This document shows, piece after piece, positions 44,723 through 54,294 of a stretch of DNA of 57,819 nucleotides. Location: positions 1 to 57,819 of the IMG/VR virus record IMGVR_UViG_3300031965_000034; one strand, given 5' to 3'. The notes under the pieces were generated by a model. It ran no database searches, had not been told where the DNA came from, and was given only the letters and a program-made list of their open reading frames with translations. Position numbers and translations under genes: made by a program. Positions within the stretch are counted from its first letter, which is position 1. Every line of letters starts with the position of its first letter. Source of the DNA: a virus (Duplodnaviria > Caudoviricetes).

Positions 44723-45377
44723 TGTTCGGGAAGGTCGTTCGCTTGAACGGGAAGAGGGTCGGCTGGGCGAACCGGATTCGGCTGGCGTCGCTGATCTCGT
44801 TGAGGGTGTTGATCCCGCCCGCCGCGCCTGATTCCAGGAGGATCGTCCAGGCCACGTCGTGGCTGGATGTGTGGAGCATGAGCCCGTCGGTGAAGTCGGT
44901 CGGGAAGGGAACGGTCGTGTCGTTCGTGGTGGTCTCGGTATCCCCGAGCTGGTAGTGGGTGAGCTCGCTGATCCGGGTCAGGCGATCGAAGAACAGCGCC
45001 CGCGGATCGGAGGCGTATCGAGAATCGCCGCCCGTCACGAGGTTGGGCTGGCAGATGTAGAACGACGAGCCGGCGTTGCTGGCGTCGGTCGTCACCGTGG
45101 CGCCGGCCGAGAGGAGGTGCGCGTCCCAGATGTGGCAGACGCGGTGGAACCAGGACACCCCGCCCCCGGTCGCGGCGAGGTACCAGCCGTTGACGAGATA
45201 GTCCCGCTCTCCGGCGCCCACGGTGTGGGTCTGGGAGGTGCCGATGTCGAAGACGTAGGCATCGGGATCGAGGAGGGCGGCGAGGTCAGACCAGTAGTTG
45301 ACCTCGTCGGCGGACATCGAGTAGCCGGGCACTTCGAAGCTCCCTCCTCCTCCTACCAGCAGCAGGCGTCTGAGCAC
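44649..45377 (-). CDS. Tail-end protein, possibly receptor-binding
   Basis: Last gene of the tail operon; beta-rich. Confidence 0.55.
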   Translation of the reverse strand: MLRRLLLVGGGGSFEVPGYSMSADEVNYWSDLAALLDPDAYVFDIGTSQTHTVGAGERDYLVNGWYLAATGGGVSWFHRVCHIWDAHLLSAGATVTTDASNAGSSFYICQPNLVTGGDSRYASDPRALFFDRLTRISELTHYQLGDTETTTNDTTVPFPTDFTDGLMLHTSSHDVAWTILLESGAAGGINTLNEISDASRIRFAQPTLFPFKRTTFPNIKIQGVGQAEGRGTVTYLKLPGDW

Positions 45378-45525
45378 ATTCAGCCGCCCGCGACCTTCGC
45401 CGCGGGGATGACTCGCCATCCGGTCCCCGCCACGACAGAGCCACCCCTTGGGAACTGACCGAACAGATCCCAGACGATGGTCCGCGGCTTCCCCACGATC
45501 AGGACCGGGAGGCTCCGCACCTTCA

Positions 45526-46353
45526 TCACTGCCACGGGTTGCCCGAGACGTTCAGGTCGCCTTCCAGGTAGCACATTCGGAACGTGCTGTTGCCCGCGCC
45601 CCAGCCGGTCACGAAGGTCGGCGTGTCGTCCCAGGTGTAGGCCGCCTGAAAGTGGTTCCACGGAGCGGCCGTGGTGATCGCCGCCGCCTGCCAGATCGGG
45701 ACATTGGCCGCGGCGTTGAGGGTCACGAGCATGTATGCCCCGGCCGCGATGAGGACCGGCGCCCCGGTCGCCGCGATGGCCCGCCAACCCGTCCCGCCCG
45801 GCGCCGCCGAACCGCCACAGAGCAGCGTCGCCGCGGTGTCGCTCGCGGAGTAGTCGAACAGGCCCCAGCGGATGACCCCGGTGTTGCTCGTCTGGATGTT
45901 GCACTGGAGGGAGGTCACGTACATCGGGGCCGGCACGATGATCGGGATCGCCTCGGCCTGATCGGCGGAGCTGTTCGTCGTCGTCGCGAGGAGCGGCATC
46001 CCGATCGGCAGCACCGCCACGACGAAGCCGGTTGCTCCTCCCGCTGATGGCGTCTCCCATGTCGGGGCCACCGTCGTTCCGGCGGAGGTGAGCACCTGCC
46101 CGGCCGACCCGTTGGCGAGCCGCGTTGGGGTTCCCGATGCGCCGCCGTAGATGACGTCGCCGCCGGTCGTCATGGGGTTGGTCATGCCGCCGCTGATCGT
46201 GGCCCACGCCGCCCAAGTGGAGACGCCGTCGGACTGCGTGATTGCCCCGGTGTCGGTGGCCGAGTAGAGGGTCCCGCCGCCAACGGCGTTGGCTGCGGGC
46301 CGGGAGGCCGCGACCCCCTTGAGCAGGAGGCCCGGAAGACTCGTGTCGGTCAT
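45526..46353 (-). CDS. Tail fibre-like protein
   Basis: NPMTTGGDVIYGGASGTPTRLANGSAGQVLT fibre repeat; RPAA.GTLY..TDT. Confidence 0.75.
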   Translation of the reverse strand: MTDTSLPGLLLKGVAASRPAANAVGGGTLYSATDTGAITQSDGVSTWAAWATISGGMTNPMTTGGDVIYGGASGTPTRLANGSAGQVLTSAGTTVAPTWETPSAGGATGFVVAVLPIGMPLLATTTNSSADQAEAIPIIVPAPMYVTSLQCNIQTSNTGVIRWGLFDYSASDTAATLLCGGSAAPGGTGWRAIAATGAPVLIAAGAYMLVTLNAAANVPIWQAAAITTAAPWNHFQAAYTWDDTPTFVTGWGAGNSTFRMCYLEGDLNVSGNPWQ

Positions 46354-46517
46354 CGTCGTGCCCTCGCCGCCGCCTCGGCGACCTTGTAGAGCCTCTTCCA
46401 GAGCCGGACTTCAGCGGCGCTGGCGCCGGCTCCGAGGAAGGCGGGGCACGGGCACTTCGAGCAGGTGTCGTGCCACTTGCGTTCGTGGGTGCATCGGCAC
46501 CGCTCGTCTGGGTCCAT
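46350..46517 (-). CDS. Small Cys/His-rich protein (55 aa)
   Basis: Read by hand: MDPDERCRCTHERKWHDTCSKCPCPAF...; coupled. Confidence 0.6.
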   Translation of the reverse strand: MDPDERCRCTHERKWHDTCSKCPCPAFLGAGASAAEVRLWKRLYKVAEAAARARR

Positions 46518-49358
46518 CTAGGCCTCCACCATGATCTGGTTGCCGCTCCCGTCCACGGCCGGGAGATAGTTGCCGGTCGTCGGATCGAAGACCGTGGCCG
46601 GCGTCCAGCGGAGCGCCGAGTTGCGCCAGACCGAGCCGTCGTACCGGAGCCGGTCGGCGGTCGCCGGGGTCGTGATCGTTACGTCGGAGAGATCGTCGAG
46701 GGCCGCGACTGACGCCCCGCCCCACGGCCCGCCGACCCAGTTGGCCCCGCCATCGACGGACGTCAGGACGATGACGGTCGTCAGGGTGTTCGCCGGTGGG
46801 TCGGGTGCCGTCCCGGCCAGCCACGTCACCGAGCCCGGCCACGTCCACGTGTTCGTCCCCGAGGCGGTGATCCAGAAGGTCAGGGTCGAGGCCCCGGACC
46901 CCACGGGCGCCGAGATGGTGAAGACGCAGTTGGCGTCGAGGGTGCCGGTGTGGACGTTGCCCGCCGTCGGGTCGAAGGTCTCCGTGGCGCCCATCGCGCC
47001 GTGGGCGGAGATGACCGACTGGCCGCCCTCGATGTTCAGCTCGGCGTTCGAGGTGCCGGAGATGTCGGAGAACACGAGCGCCGTCGTGCCGAGGGTGATC
47101 GTCGCGTTGGTCGTGCACTTGTAGATGCGGTCGGCGTTGACCGTGCCCTCGGAGACGAGCGTCGCGGCCCCGACCGCCTGCGAGCCGGTCGAGAAGTCCG
47201 GGGCGCGCACCGCTGCCACGGCGGCGCCGAGCCAGATGTAGATGCCGTTCTCGGCGGGGTCCGTCTGGTCCTTGGCGAGGAAGCGGTCCTGGAGGGCCAT
47301 CGTGACGCCGTCGATCGTTGCGCCCGGTCCCGAGATCGTGAGGTTCCCGGTCGAGGCTGCGCGGACAGGCTCCTTCCACGCCGAGACCGTCGATGACGAG
47401 GGGTGGGTGTGCGCAGGAACCGCGGACGATCCGCCGCCGGGCGAGGCCGATATGCCGGTCGTCCCGTTGCCTCCGGGGGCGTCGACCATCTGCGTCGACC
47501 CGAGCTCCACCTTGATCTCGAGATCGGTGACTTCCTTGGCCGCCGCCGGCTCGATGACGTTGATCGCGGCGATCTCGATGTCCACGTTGTCGAAGTCGAA
47601 CTCGCCCGTCCCGGTGTCGAGGGAAACGGTGTCGCCCACCCAGTAGTGCTGCCAGGGGAGATAGAAGCCGAGCGACTCGTCTGGCCCGACCCCGTCCTCA
47701 TCGCACGACGAGACGCGCACGATCAGCGATTCACTCCGCAACTGGCGCTCGGCGAGGTCCGCGTCCCCGACCGCGTCGAGGGTCGCCGTGATGCTTCCGG
47801 TCGTGGTGATGAACGCCTCGCGCGTGACCCGGCTCGCGGCATCCGCGAGGGACGACACGGTGGACGCTTCCGCTTCCCCGTAGACCCACTCGTGCGTCGC
47901 CACCCGTGACGGGCGGATCTGCCGGGTCAGGCCCTCCGCGATGTTCGTGCCTGCGACGAAGCGGACCTTGCCCGCGGCGAAGGTCGCGCTGCTTCGGTCG
48001 GTCCCGAAGCTGTTGTACGCGGAGAGGACGAAGGTCGGGGACATCTGAATGGTGATGGCCCCGGTCCCGATCAGCCTCCCGGCCACCGATAGCAGGCTCT
48101 CACCGATCTGCGCGCTGAACTCGTCCGTCGCCGTCGAGCTGGCCCACGCCGCGGCGTTGCTGTCGTTCGTGTAGTCGAAGTCGATGGTGAGAAGCGGCAG
48201 GGGGACTGTGGGCCGGTCGCCGTCCTGCGCCTCCTCGATGATGCGGCGGAGCATCTGCCCCGGCTTCGATCCCGTCCCGGCCTGGTACAGCCTCCACAAG
48301 CCCGTGTACGGGTCCATGCCGCCCGTGATGTAGGAGTGAGTCGCCATCCTCGCGAAGTCGAGGTAGTCGAGGCTCCCGTTGCCGGAGAACGTCAGGGTTT
48401 CGCCGCCCTGTTCCGCGGAGTCGAGGAGCCGGAAGTTGCCCTCCTTGAGGAAGAAGCCGTGTCGCGCGGTGTCCCAGCCGATGATACCGGGGATGCGGAC
48501 ATGGACGAATCGCACGTCCCCGTCACCATCGCCGAGGATCGCCGCGGTCGCGTCGGATGAGCTGCGGTTGATCGAGAACTTCCCCGAGCCCGTCCCGTCC
48601 TTCTCGATGCGGAACGACTTGTCGAAGGCGTCGCAGAGGGTGGCGAGGTACGTCAGGGCCGGAGTGGTGGCGTCCCCGAGGGAGTAGACGTCGAACGCCA
48701 CCGGGGCGTCGCACGTCGCCAGTGGCGAGGAAGCCGTCTGGATCATCACGCCCGCGTACGGGTACGCCGAGCCGATCGTGGCCGAGCCCGTCAGCGGCGT
48801 TGTCGTCCCGTTCCAGCGCATGACGAGCGTGTGCGGGTGCTGATCGCCCGAGCCCGCCGGGGGAGACGATGCGTCCTTGTCCGCGTTGTAATCGAGGGTC
48901 CAGCCCGTGCCGGGTGTCGCGGGGACCGCTCCGCCGAACCCCGTGTCGTACGTCGCGCCGTAGAGGATCAGTTGGCTGCTGGTCGGCGCTGTCACCGCCC
49001 CGAGGCCGAGCGTCGCGCTCGTGCCCGCGTTGTCGGATTCGTAGACCACGACATCAGTCGCAGGATTGAAGGTCGCGAAGTCGATGTCCGTCTCGTGGAC
49101 GAAGTTCCGCGAACTCGCTGTCGGGTAGGTAGCCGTAGCCGTCGAGGCTCGGTACCACCATCGACCGTGGTCTCCGTCGGCCGCGCCGTTCGTCGATACA
49201 TCGGCCGACACGGCCGTCCAGCCCGAGCCACCGTTGCTCGCGACGCCGTCCCGCTGTGTCTCATAGCAGAACAGGACCTTACCCGCGACGGTCGGCGCGT
49301 CAAACACGACCTCGCTGATGCCGTTGGCGTTGGCCTTCGTCTGGACGCTCGTCGCCAT
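46518..49358 (-). CDS. Tail hub (Tal-like) / fibre fusion protein
   Basis: DGTGSGKFSI hub motif; WKEPVRAAST...KDQTDPAENGIY fibre domain; follows Dit. Confidence 0.8.
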   Translation of the reverse strand: MATSVQTKANANGISEVVFDAPTVAGKVLFCYETQRDGVASNGGSGWTAVSADVSTNGAADGDHGRWWYRASTATATYPTASSRNFVHETDIDFATFNPATDVVVYESDNAGTSATLGLGAVTAPTSSQLILYGATYDTGFGGAVPATPGTGWTLDYNADKDASSPPAGSGDQHPHTLVMRWNGTTTPLTGSATIGSAYPYAGVMIQTASSPLATCDAPVAFDVYSLGDATTPALTYLATLCDAFDKSFRIEKDGTGSGKFSINRSSSDATAAILGDGDGDVRFVHVRIPGIIGWDTARHGFFLKEGNFRLLDSAEQGGETLTFSGNGSLDYLDFARMATHSYITGGMDPYTGLWRLYQAGTGSKPGQMLRRIIEEAQDGDRPTVPLPLLTIDFDYTNDSNAAAWASSTATDEFSAQIGESLLSVAGRLIGTGAITIQMSPTFVLSAYNSFGTDRSSATFAAGKVRFVAGTNIAEGLTRQIRPSRVATHEWVYGEAEASTVSSLADAASRVTREAFITTTGSITATLDAVGDADLAERQLRSESLIVRVSSCDEDGVGPDESLGFYLPWQHYWVGDTVSLDTGTGEFDFDNVDIEIAAINVIEPAAAKEVTDLEIKVELGSTQMVDAPGGNGTTGISASPGGGSSAVPAHTHPSSSTVSAWKEPVRAASTGNLTISGPGATIDGVTMALQDRFLAKDQTDPAENGIYIWLGAAVAAVRAPDFSTGSQAVGAATLVSEGTVNADRIYKCTTNATITLGTTALVFSDISGTSNAELNIEGGQSVISAHGAMGATETFDPTAGNVHTGTLDANCVFTISAPVGSGASTLTFWITASGTNTWTWPGSVTWLAGTAPDPPANTLTTVIVLTSVDGGANWVGGPWGGASVAALDDLSDVTITTPATADRLRYDGSVWRNSALRWTPATVFDPTTGNYLPAVDGSGNQIMVEA

Positions 49359-49817
49359 CTAGGCCCAGTCCGGCGGGTTGCCCACCGCTTCGAGCTCAAC
49401 GTCCACGGTTCGGAAGACGTCCCCGATGGGGTCGCCCCATATCGCGTTGACGAAGCGGGCGGTGATCGACTTGGAGCCTGACGGGAGCCCGAGATAGGGA
49501 CTCGTGGCGACGAGGGACTTCGCCGCGTCGGTGGGATCAAAGAGGGCCTGGAAGATGACGACCGTCGCGCGGTAGCTCTCGCGCTCGGATTCCCCGGCCG
49601 TGCCGCTGCCGGAATAGGTGCCGCCGCCGGCGAGGAACCCGCGGAGCCGGAGAGGACGGCGGTGCGCGGTCCGGCTGAGGGGTGTCTGGCCGGGACGTCC
49701 GGGGATCGTGAGGTCCGAGCCCCTGACCTCGGCCATTCCATCGAAGCCGCCGACGAGTTCGAGGTAGATGCCGTTGACATCGTGGATGTCCGTCCCACCG
49801 AAGGTGAGGTCAGCCAC
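49359..49817 (-). CDS. Distal tail protein (Dit)
   Basis: VRGSDLTIPGRPG; follows tape measure. Confidence 0.7.
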   Translation of the reverse strand: MADLTFGGTDIHDVNGIYLELVGGFDGMAEVRGSDLTIPGRPGQTPLSRTAHRRPLRLRGFLAGGGTYSGSGTAGESERESYRATVVIFQALFDPTDAAKSLVATSPYLGLPSGSKSITARFVNAIWGDPIGDVFRTVDVELEAVGNPPDWA

Positions 49818-52401
49818 GACTGAACGACGCAGCGCGCTGGAGCGCAGACACGACGTCCTCCTTCTCATCGCCGATGCGGCCGGTGAACGTGAGGTTCAGG
49901 TTCGTCACCGAGGAAGCGGCATCCTGGGTCGGAGTGATGAGGGTCCCGCCCGGGATGGACTTGATCTGTTCGATGCCCGACTCACCGACCCAGCCCGTCC
50001 CGCCGGTCGGGAGGAACCCGCCCTCCGCGAATGTCGAGAGCGCGCCGCGGGGTGCCGAGGTCGTCGTCGTCGTCGGGAAAGAGCCCGGCTTCGGGAGCGG
50101 TGGCGGGCTGTCCTGCTTCTCCCGCCGGCCGGCATTCGATTCGAGGTACGTCACCCACGTGTCGAGGAGGCGCTTGGCGAGCTTCCGCGCAGCGTCGCCG
50201 ATGACGGACTCCTTGCTCTCCATGCCCTCCGCGATGCCTTCGACGACCGCCCCGCCGACGTCGCGATGCTGCGAGTGGTTCGCGAACTCCTGCTCGATGA
50301 TGTCGTTCGTGCGCTCCGCCTGGGCGCGGATCGCCGGATCCTTCGACGCGAGCCCCGCCGCGAGCGCGTCAGCCGAATCCTTGCCCCAGCTCTTCGCCTC
50401 GACGCCGAGTTGGCGGAGTCGGTCCTCGATGATGGCCCGGGTCGCCTCTGCCTGGGCGATGACGATGGGATCGTTGGCCGCGATCCCGGCTGCGAGTTCC
50501 TCGCCCGTGAGGAGCCCGATGAGCTTCGCCACCTCGGCGACCCGGGACATCGTGTTCTCGACGGCCGTGCCGAGCGATTCCATCGCCTTGTCCACCGCGC
50601 TCCGCTTGTCGAGGAGCCCGCTCGCATACGCCGACAGCGTGTCGAGGCCCGCCTGGCGCGCGTCAGCCTCCGTGTCCTCGAAGGTGTCGTCGAGGCCGTC
50701 GAGCATCTCCTCGCCGCCCGCGGTCACGACACCCTCGCCGTCCGCCAGGGCATCACCGATGGTCGGCGGCAGTCCGGCGGCACGCCGCGCGAGTTCTGCG
50801 TCCAACGCCGCCATCTGCGCTTCGAGACTCTTGCGGGTATCACCCGTGAACAGTCCAGCGTCCCAGACGCCCTCGAGCTTCTCGAGCCCAGCCTTGACGG
50901 CGGCCCGCGATTGTTCGAGTTGGGTCGTCGTGCCCTTCGCGATCTGCTTCGCGATGTCCGCGCCGATCTGCTCGCTCTGATTGCCGAGCTCGCCCTTGAT
51001 CCGGTTGTACGTCTCGACCATCGCAACGACGGCGACCGCCGCGAAGGCGACGGCGGCGAACTTCCCGAGCGAGCTGCCCATGAAGCCGCCGAGCTTCGAG
51101 CCGGCCGCCACCGCGGCGCCCCTGACCGCACCCATCCCGGGGATCTTCATGAGGGTCGATGCGATCGCCCCGCCGATGATCTGGGCGCCGGCGAATGCCT
51201 TGGCGAAGAGGCCGCCGAGGAACGCGCCCGAGCGGTTGATCGCACCAGCCAGCCCGGTCTGTCTGCCGAGCGAGATGTCCTGGAAGAACCCCGCGAGCGC
51301 CGGGCCGGCCTTCCCGACGATGCTCCCGGCGAGCTTGCCGAAGCCCGCGGTCAGGGCCGGCAGGACGTAGAGCAGCGGCCCCAGCGTCTGGCCGATCGAG
51401 CCCAGGAAGCTGAACGCGTCGCCGAACTCGACCTTGGCCCTGTTGAACACCTTGGCGAGCGTGTCGCCGAAGTCCTCGGTGGCGGCCGTCGCGGTCGCGA
51501 TCGTCTCGTCGGTATTGTTGATGACCGCGAGCAGGTCCTCGGTCGCGAACCGGCCCTCGATGATCGCCGCGGCGAGGTCGGGTCCGGCCCGCAGGCCGAA
51601 GAGCTTGATCGATTCCCCGACCGGGTCCGCGGACTTCTTGATCGCGTCGAGCTTCCGGCGGAACGCCTCGCCCATGTCGGCGGCCTTGACGCCCTCCTTC
51701 GCCAGCGTCTTGACGCTGAACTTGAGGCCGGCGAATGCTGTCTCGGTGTTGACGCCTTCCTTCTCCCACTTGCCGAGGAGGGCGATCGATTCCTCGAACG
51801 AGAAGCCGAGCAGGCGCATCGGTGCGCCGAACTGGACGACCGTCTCCATGAGGTTGGTGACGCCGATGCCGGTCGCCTGACTGGTTCGGAAGAGCTTGTC
51901 GAGGGCACCCGTCTGGTCCTCGGTCGCGATCGACCAGTCGCCGAAGACCCGGGTGGCCGCGGCGACGTTCGCCACCGCGTCGGTCTTGGTGATCCGGGAG
52001 AGATCGAGGATGTCCTTCGCGAGCGTTCGCAGGCCCTCGCCGGTCTGGCCGGTGCGCGTATTGAGATCGGCGATCACCTGGCCGACGAGCCCGATGTCAT
52101 CGCGGACCGATCCGGCCACGGCCTTGAAGTCGCCCTCGAGTCCCTTCAGCGCCTCGCCGGTCGCGCCCGTGCCGATACGGATCGTGTCGAAAGCCGCGTC
52201 GACCTGGCCCCCGAGCTTGGCGGCGGCGACCGCGACCGCGCCGAAGGCCGCGCCGAGGGCGGCCCCGATCCGGGCCGGGGAGAGGGCCGACTTGAGCCGG
52301 CCCGCCAGCGACTGCCCGGCCTTGTCGCCGGCCTTGGCGACGTCGGCCGCGAACTTCTTGTCGTCGACCAGGAGCCGGAGAAAAACGTCTCCAATATTCA
52401 C
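49810..52401 (-). CDS. Tape measure protein
   Basis: 863 aa, Ala/Gly-rich helical, PhageMin_tail-like core, FAEGG...VGESG C-terminal motif. Confidence 0.93.
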   Translation of the reverse strand: MNIGDVFLRLLVDDKKFAADVAKAGDKAGQSLAGRLKSALSPARIGAALGAAFGAVAVAAAKLGGQVDAAFDTIRIGTGATGEALKGLEGDFKAVAGSVRDDIGLVGQVIADLNTRTGQTGEGLRTLAKDILDLSRITKTDAVANVAAATRVFGDWSIATEDQTGALDKLFRTSQATGIGVTNLMETVVQFGAPMRLLGFSFEESIALLGKWEKEGVNTETAFAGLKFSVKTLAKEGVKAADMGEAFRRKLDAIKKSADPVGESIKLFGLRAGPDLAAAIIEGRFATEDLLAVINNTDETIATATAATEDFGDTLAKVFNRAKVEFGDAFSFLGSIGQTLGPLLYVLPALTAGFGKLAGSIVGKAGPALAGFFQDISLGRQTGLAGAINRSGAFLGGLFAKAFAGAQIIGGAIASTLMKIPGMGAVRGAAVAAGSKLGGFMGSSLGKFAAVAFAAVAVVAMVETYNRIKGELGNQSEQIGADIAKQIAKGTTTQLEQSRAAVKAGLEKLEGVWDAGLFTGDTRKSLEAQMAALDAELARRAAGLPPTIGDALADGEGVVTAGGEEMLDGLDDTFEDTEADARQAGLDTLSAYASGLLDKRSAVDKAMESLGTAVENTMSRVAEVAKLIGLLTGEELAAGIAANDPIVIAQAEATRAIIEDRLRQLGVEAKSWGKDSADALAAGLASKDPAIRAQAERTNDIIEQEFANHSQHRDVGGAVVEGIAEGMESKESVIGDAARKLAKRLLDTWVTYLESNAGRREKQDSPPPLPKPGSFPTTTTTSAPRGALSTFAEGGFLPTGGTGWVGESGIEQIKSIPGGTLITPTQDAASSVTNLNLTFTGRIGDEKEDVVSALQRAASFSRG

Positions 52402-52402
52402 G

Positions 52403-52768
52403 TCAGGCCCCCATCACGACGTACTCGGGGTGCTGACGAGCGAGGCCCATGATGGCCGCCTCCAGTGCCTGTCCGGTGAACCCCTGCGTCCGGGACTGGG
52501 AGCGGTTCATGCGCGACTTCCAGCGTCGATAGGCGGCGGCGTCGTGGATGAAGCCCGTCCCGAGACGCACCGTCTCGACGGCACGCTCGAACTCGGAGAG
52601 CGACTGCTCGTTGCGCCGTTCGGAGGCGGCATCGAAGTAGGCGACCAGTTGCTCATCGGTCAGTTCACGCTCGACATACGCGTTGCTCCAGCCGTACTCG
52701 GCGGCAAGCCACTCGATGGACCGGGAGTGGTCGAACTGCCGGCCGCCAGACCGGCGACGGCTTTTGGG
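52403..52768 (-). CDS. Tail assembly chaperone, frameshifted (T) part
   Basis: -1 frame continues from the slippery site; LAAEYGWS...LTDEQL. Confidence 0.75.
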   Translation of the reverse strand, partial: PKSRRRSGGRQFDHSRSIEWLAAEYGWSNAYVERELTDEQLVAYFDAASERRNEQSLSEFERAVETVRLGTGFIHDAAAYRRWKSRMNRSQSRTQGFTGQALEAAIMGLARQHPEYVVMGA

Positions 52769-53244
52769 TTGGCGGCTTGCCACACGAGGAGGACGCCGCG
52801 CAGGATCTCCGAAGCGGTCGCGAGGCCCGTGACTTCATCCGCCGATGGCAGGACGCCGGACTGGTCGTATGAGAGGAGCAGCTCGTAGCACGCTTCGTGC
52901 TCCCCGAGCAACAGGCGCAGGATCGACTCGGGATCGGCAGACGACGCCTCGATCGCGCCCGCCACCGCGGCGAGCTGGCCTTCGAGCGTTTCGAGCCAAC
53001 GCCGGTTGTCCCTGATCGAGAGGACCGGCAGCTCATAGGTGATCCCACCCAACCGAACGCGGATGCGGTTGGACCAGATGTCCGCGAGGCTGCGCGTGGG
53101 GCCGGCCTCGGGCAGGAGCGGCGCGAGGGCCGCCCCTGCCGTACGGACCAGTCGCCCGCGCCTCACCTGGGAGGTGACGCGGGCAGCGCCGACGGCGAAG
53201 CCGAGGACGCCACCCAACGCGAGGGCGAGGACGATTTCCATCAC
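52660..53244 (-). CDS. Tail assembly chaperone (G)
   Basis: Between major tail protein and tape measure; slippery site near 3' end. Confidence 0.75.
   Translation of the reverse strand: MMEIVLALALGGVLGFAVGAARVTSQVRRGRLVRTAGAALAPLLPEAGPTRSLADIWSNRIRVRLGGITYELPVLSIRDNRRWLETLEGQLAAVAGAIEASSADPESILRLLLGEHEACYELLLSYDQSGVLPSADEVTGLATASEILRGVLLVWQAANPKAVAGLAAGSSTTPGPSSGLPPSTAGATRMSSVN
52762..52768 (-). other. Programmed -1 ribosomal frameshift site C CCA AAA
   Basis: XXXYYYZ heptamer in the correct phase (AAC CCA AAA) linking the G and T ORFs. Confidence 0.8.
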
Positions 53245-53768
53245 GAGACGCCGGTCAGGATCCGGATCCGATGCGGCGAGGCCGTCAGGTCGGCCGGGTC
53301 CCAGCGCGAGGCCAGGACGTAGCGGGGAGCGAATAGGCCGTCGTCGGTGAGGGTTCCCTCGTAGTTGCCGGACTGGATCGCGTTGTCGACCTCGAACTGG
53401 AACTCGCCGCCGCCGAGGCGCTCCACCTGGAGCTCCCAGTCGGCGTAGTCCGCCGTCGGGATGCGACGGGTGTCGTCCTCGTCGATGGTCGTGACCTCGC
53501 CCACGGTGGCCGAGGACGAACCCGGCAGGCCGGCCGAGAGGACGGTGGCCGAGACTTCGGGGAAGGTGGTCTCGAGGAAGCCCTCGGACCGGGTGATGTA
53601 GTCGGTCCCGACGAGCTTGCCCTTCACGCCGTTGAGTTCGGGCGTGAAGATGTCCCGCTCGATGCGGAAGACGTTGTCCTCGGTCGAGGCGCCGAGGCTG
53701 ATCTGGTTCCGGTAGACCTCACCGGCTCCGACTACCAGATTCGTCGGTGTGTCGCTGGTGACTGGCAA
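53241..53768 (-). CDS. Major tail (tube) protein
   Basis: NLVVGAGEVY...LGAST; acidic 175 aa; position; GGGAGGT RBS with TTG start. Confidence 0.8.
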   Translation of the reverse strand: MPVTSDTPTNLVVGAGEVYRNQISLGASTEDNVFRIERDIFTPELNGVKGKLVGTDYITRSEGFLETTFPEVSATVLSAGLPGSSSATVGEVTTIDEDDTRRIPTADYADWELQVERLGGGEFQFEVDNAIQSGNYEGTLTDDGLFAPRYVLASRWDPADLTASPHRIRILTGVS

Positions 53769-53775
53769 GAGAAGT

Positions 53776-53829
53776 ACCTCCCGCGAGTGGGGAGATCCCT
53801 GGTCCGGCGTTCACTCGCACTCGCGCCGG
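53776..53829 (-). promoter_or_regulatory. Structured leader occluding the major tail protein SD
   Basis: SD hairpin 53776-53782/53790-53796; upstream hairpin 53804-53809/53824-53829; complementary loops. Confidence 0.5.
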
Positions 53830-53846
53830 GGGGAGCCTTGGGGCCT

Positions 53847-54047
53847 CTAATACATAGGCTTCTCAGCCGTGATCTTGACTGTGCCCCTCACGAGGATGGT
53901 GATGACGCTTTCATCCTCGCTTCCGACATATTGGCCCACGATGTAGACCGTCGGACTGACAAGGTCGATGGTGAAACCGTCATCATCGGGGTCCAGTTCG
54001 ACGACCCGCGACAGATCGATCGGGAGCGTCAGGATCGGTGCCGTCAT
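53847..54047 (-). CDS. Small hypothetical protein
   Basis: ATGA-coupled; beta-rich. Confidence 0.55.
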   Translation of the reverse strand: MTAPILTLPIDLSRVVELDPDDDGFTIDLVSPTVYIVGQYVGSEDESVITILVRGTVKITAEKPMY

Positions 54048-54286
54048 GTCTCGCTCGTAATATCCGGATCAGGGGGTAGGTTGATTACGATGTTGACGGT
54101 CAGGTACGCGACCCCGTTCTCCGGGATCGTCAGTACCCAGTCATCGACCGTTGCCCACGGGAACGGCTGACCATCGATGGTCAGGCCGTCGAAACCGACG
54201 ATGAGCCGGTCGGGCTCTTTCTTCGGAGTCTCCGTCTCCATCCGCTTCAACGGAGAGGTGTATCCGAGCATCGGAATGTCCTGCAT
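54044..54286 (-). CDS. Small hypothetical protein
   Basis: AGGAG RBS; LTIDGQPFPW. Confidence 0.6.
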   Translation of the reverse strand: MQDIPMLGYTSPLKRMETETPKKEPDRLIVGFDGLTIDGQPFPWATVDDWVLTIPENGVAYLTVNIVINLPPDPDITSET

Positions 54287-54294
54287 GGCCGCTC

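Noticed and set aside
44649-49358. Diversity-generating retroelement or invertible fibre cassette
   Set aside because: No reverse transcriptase, serine invertase, template/variable repeat pair or flanking inverted repeats noticed
49768-52452. 894-aa plus-strand ORF
   Set aside because: Antisense shadow of the tape measure gene, typical of high-GC DNA
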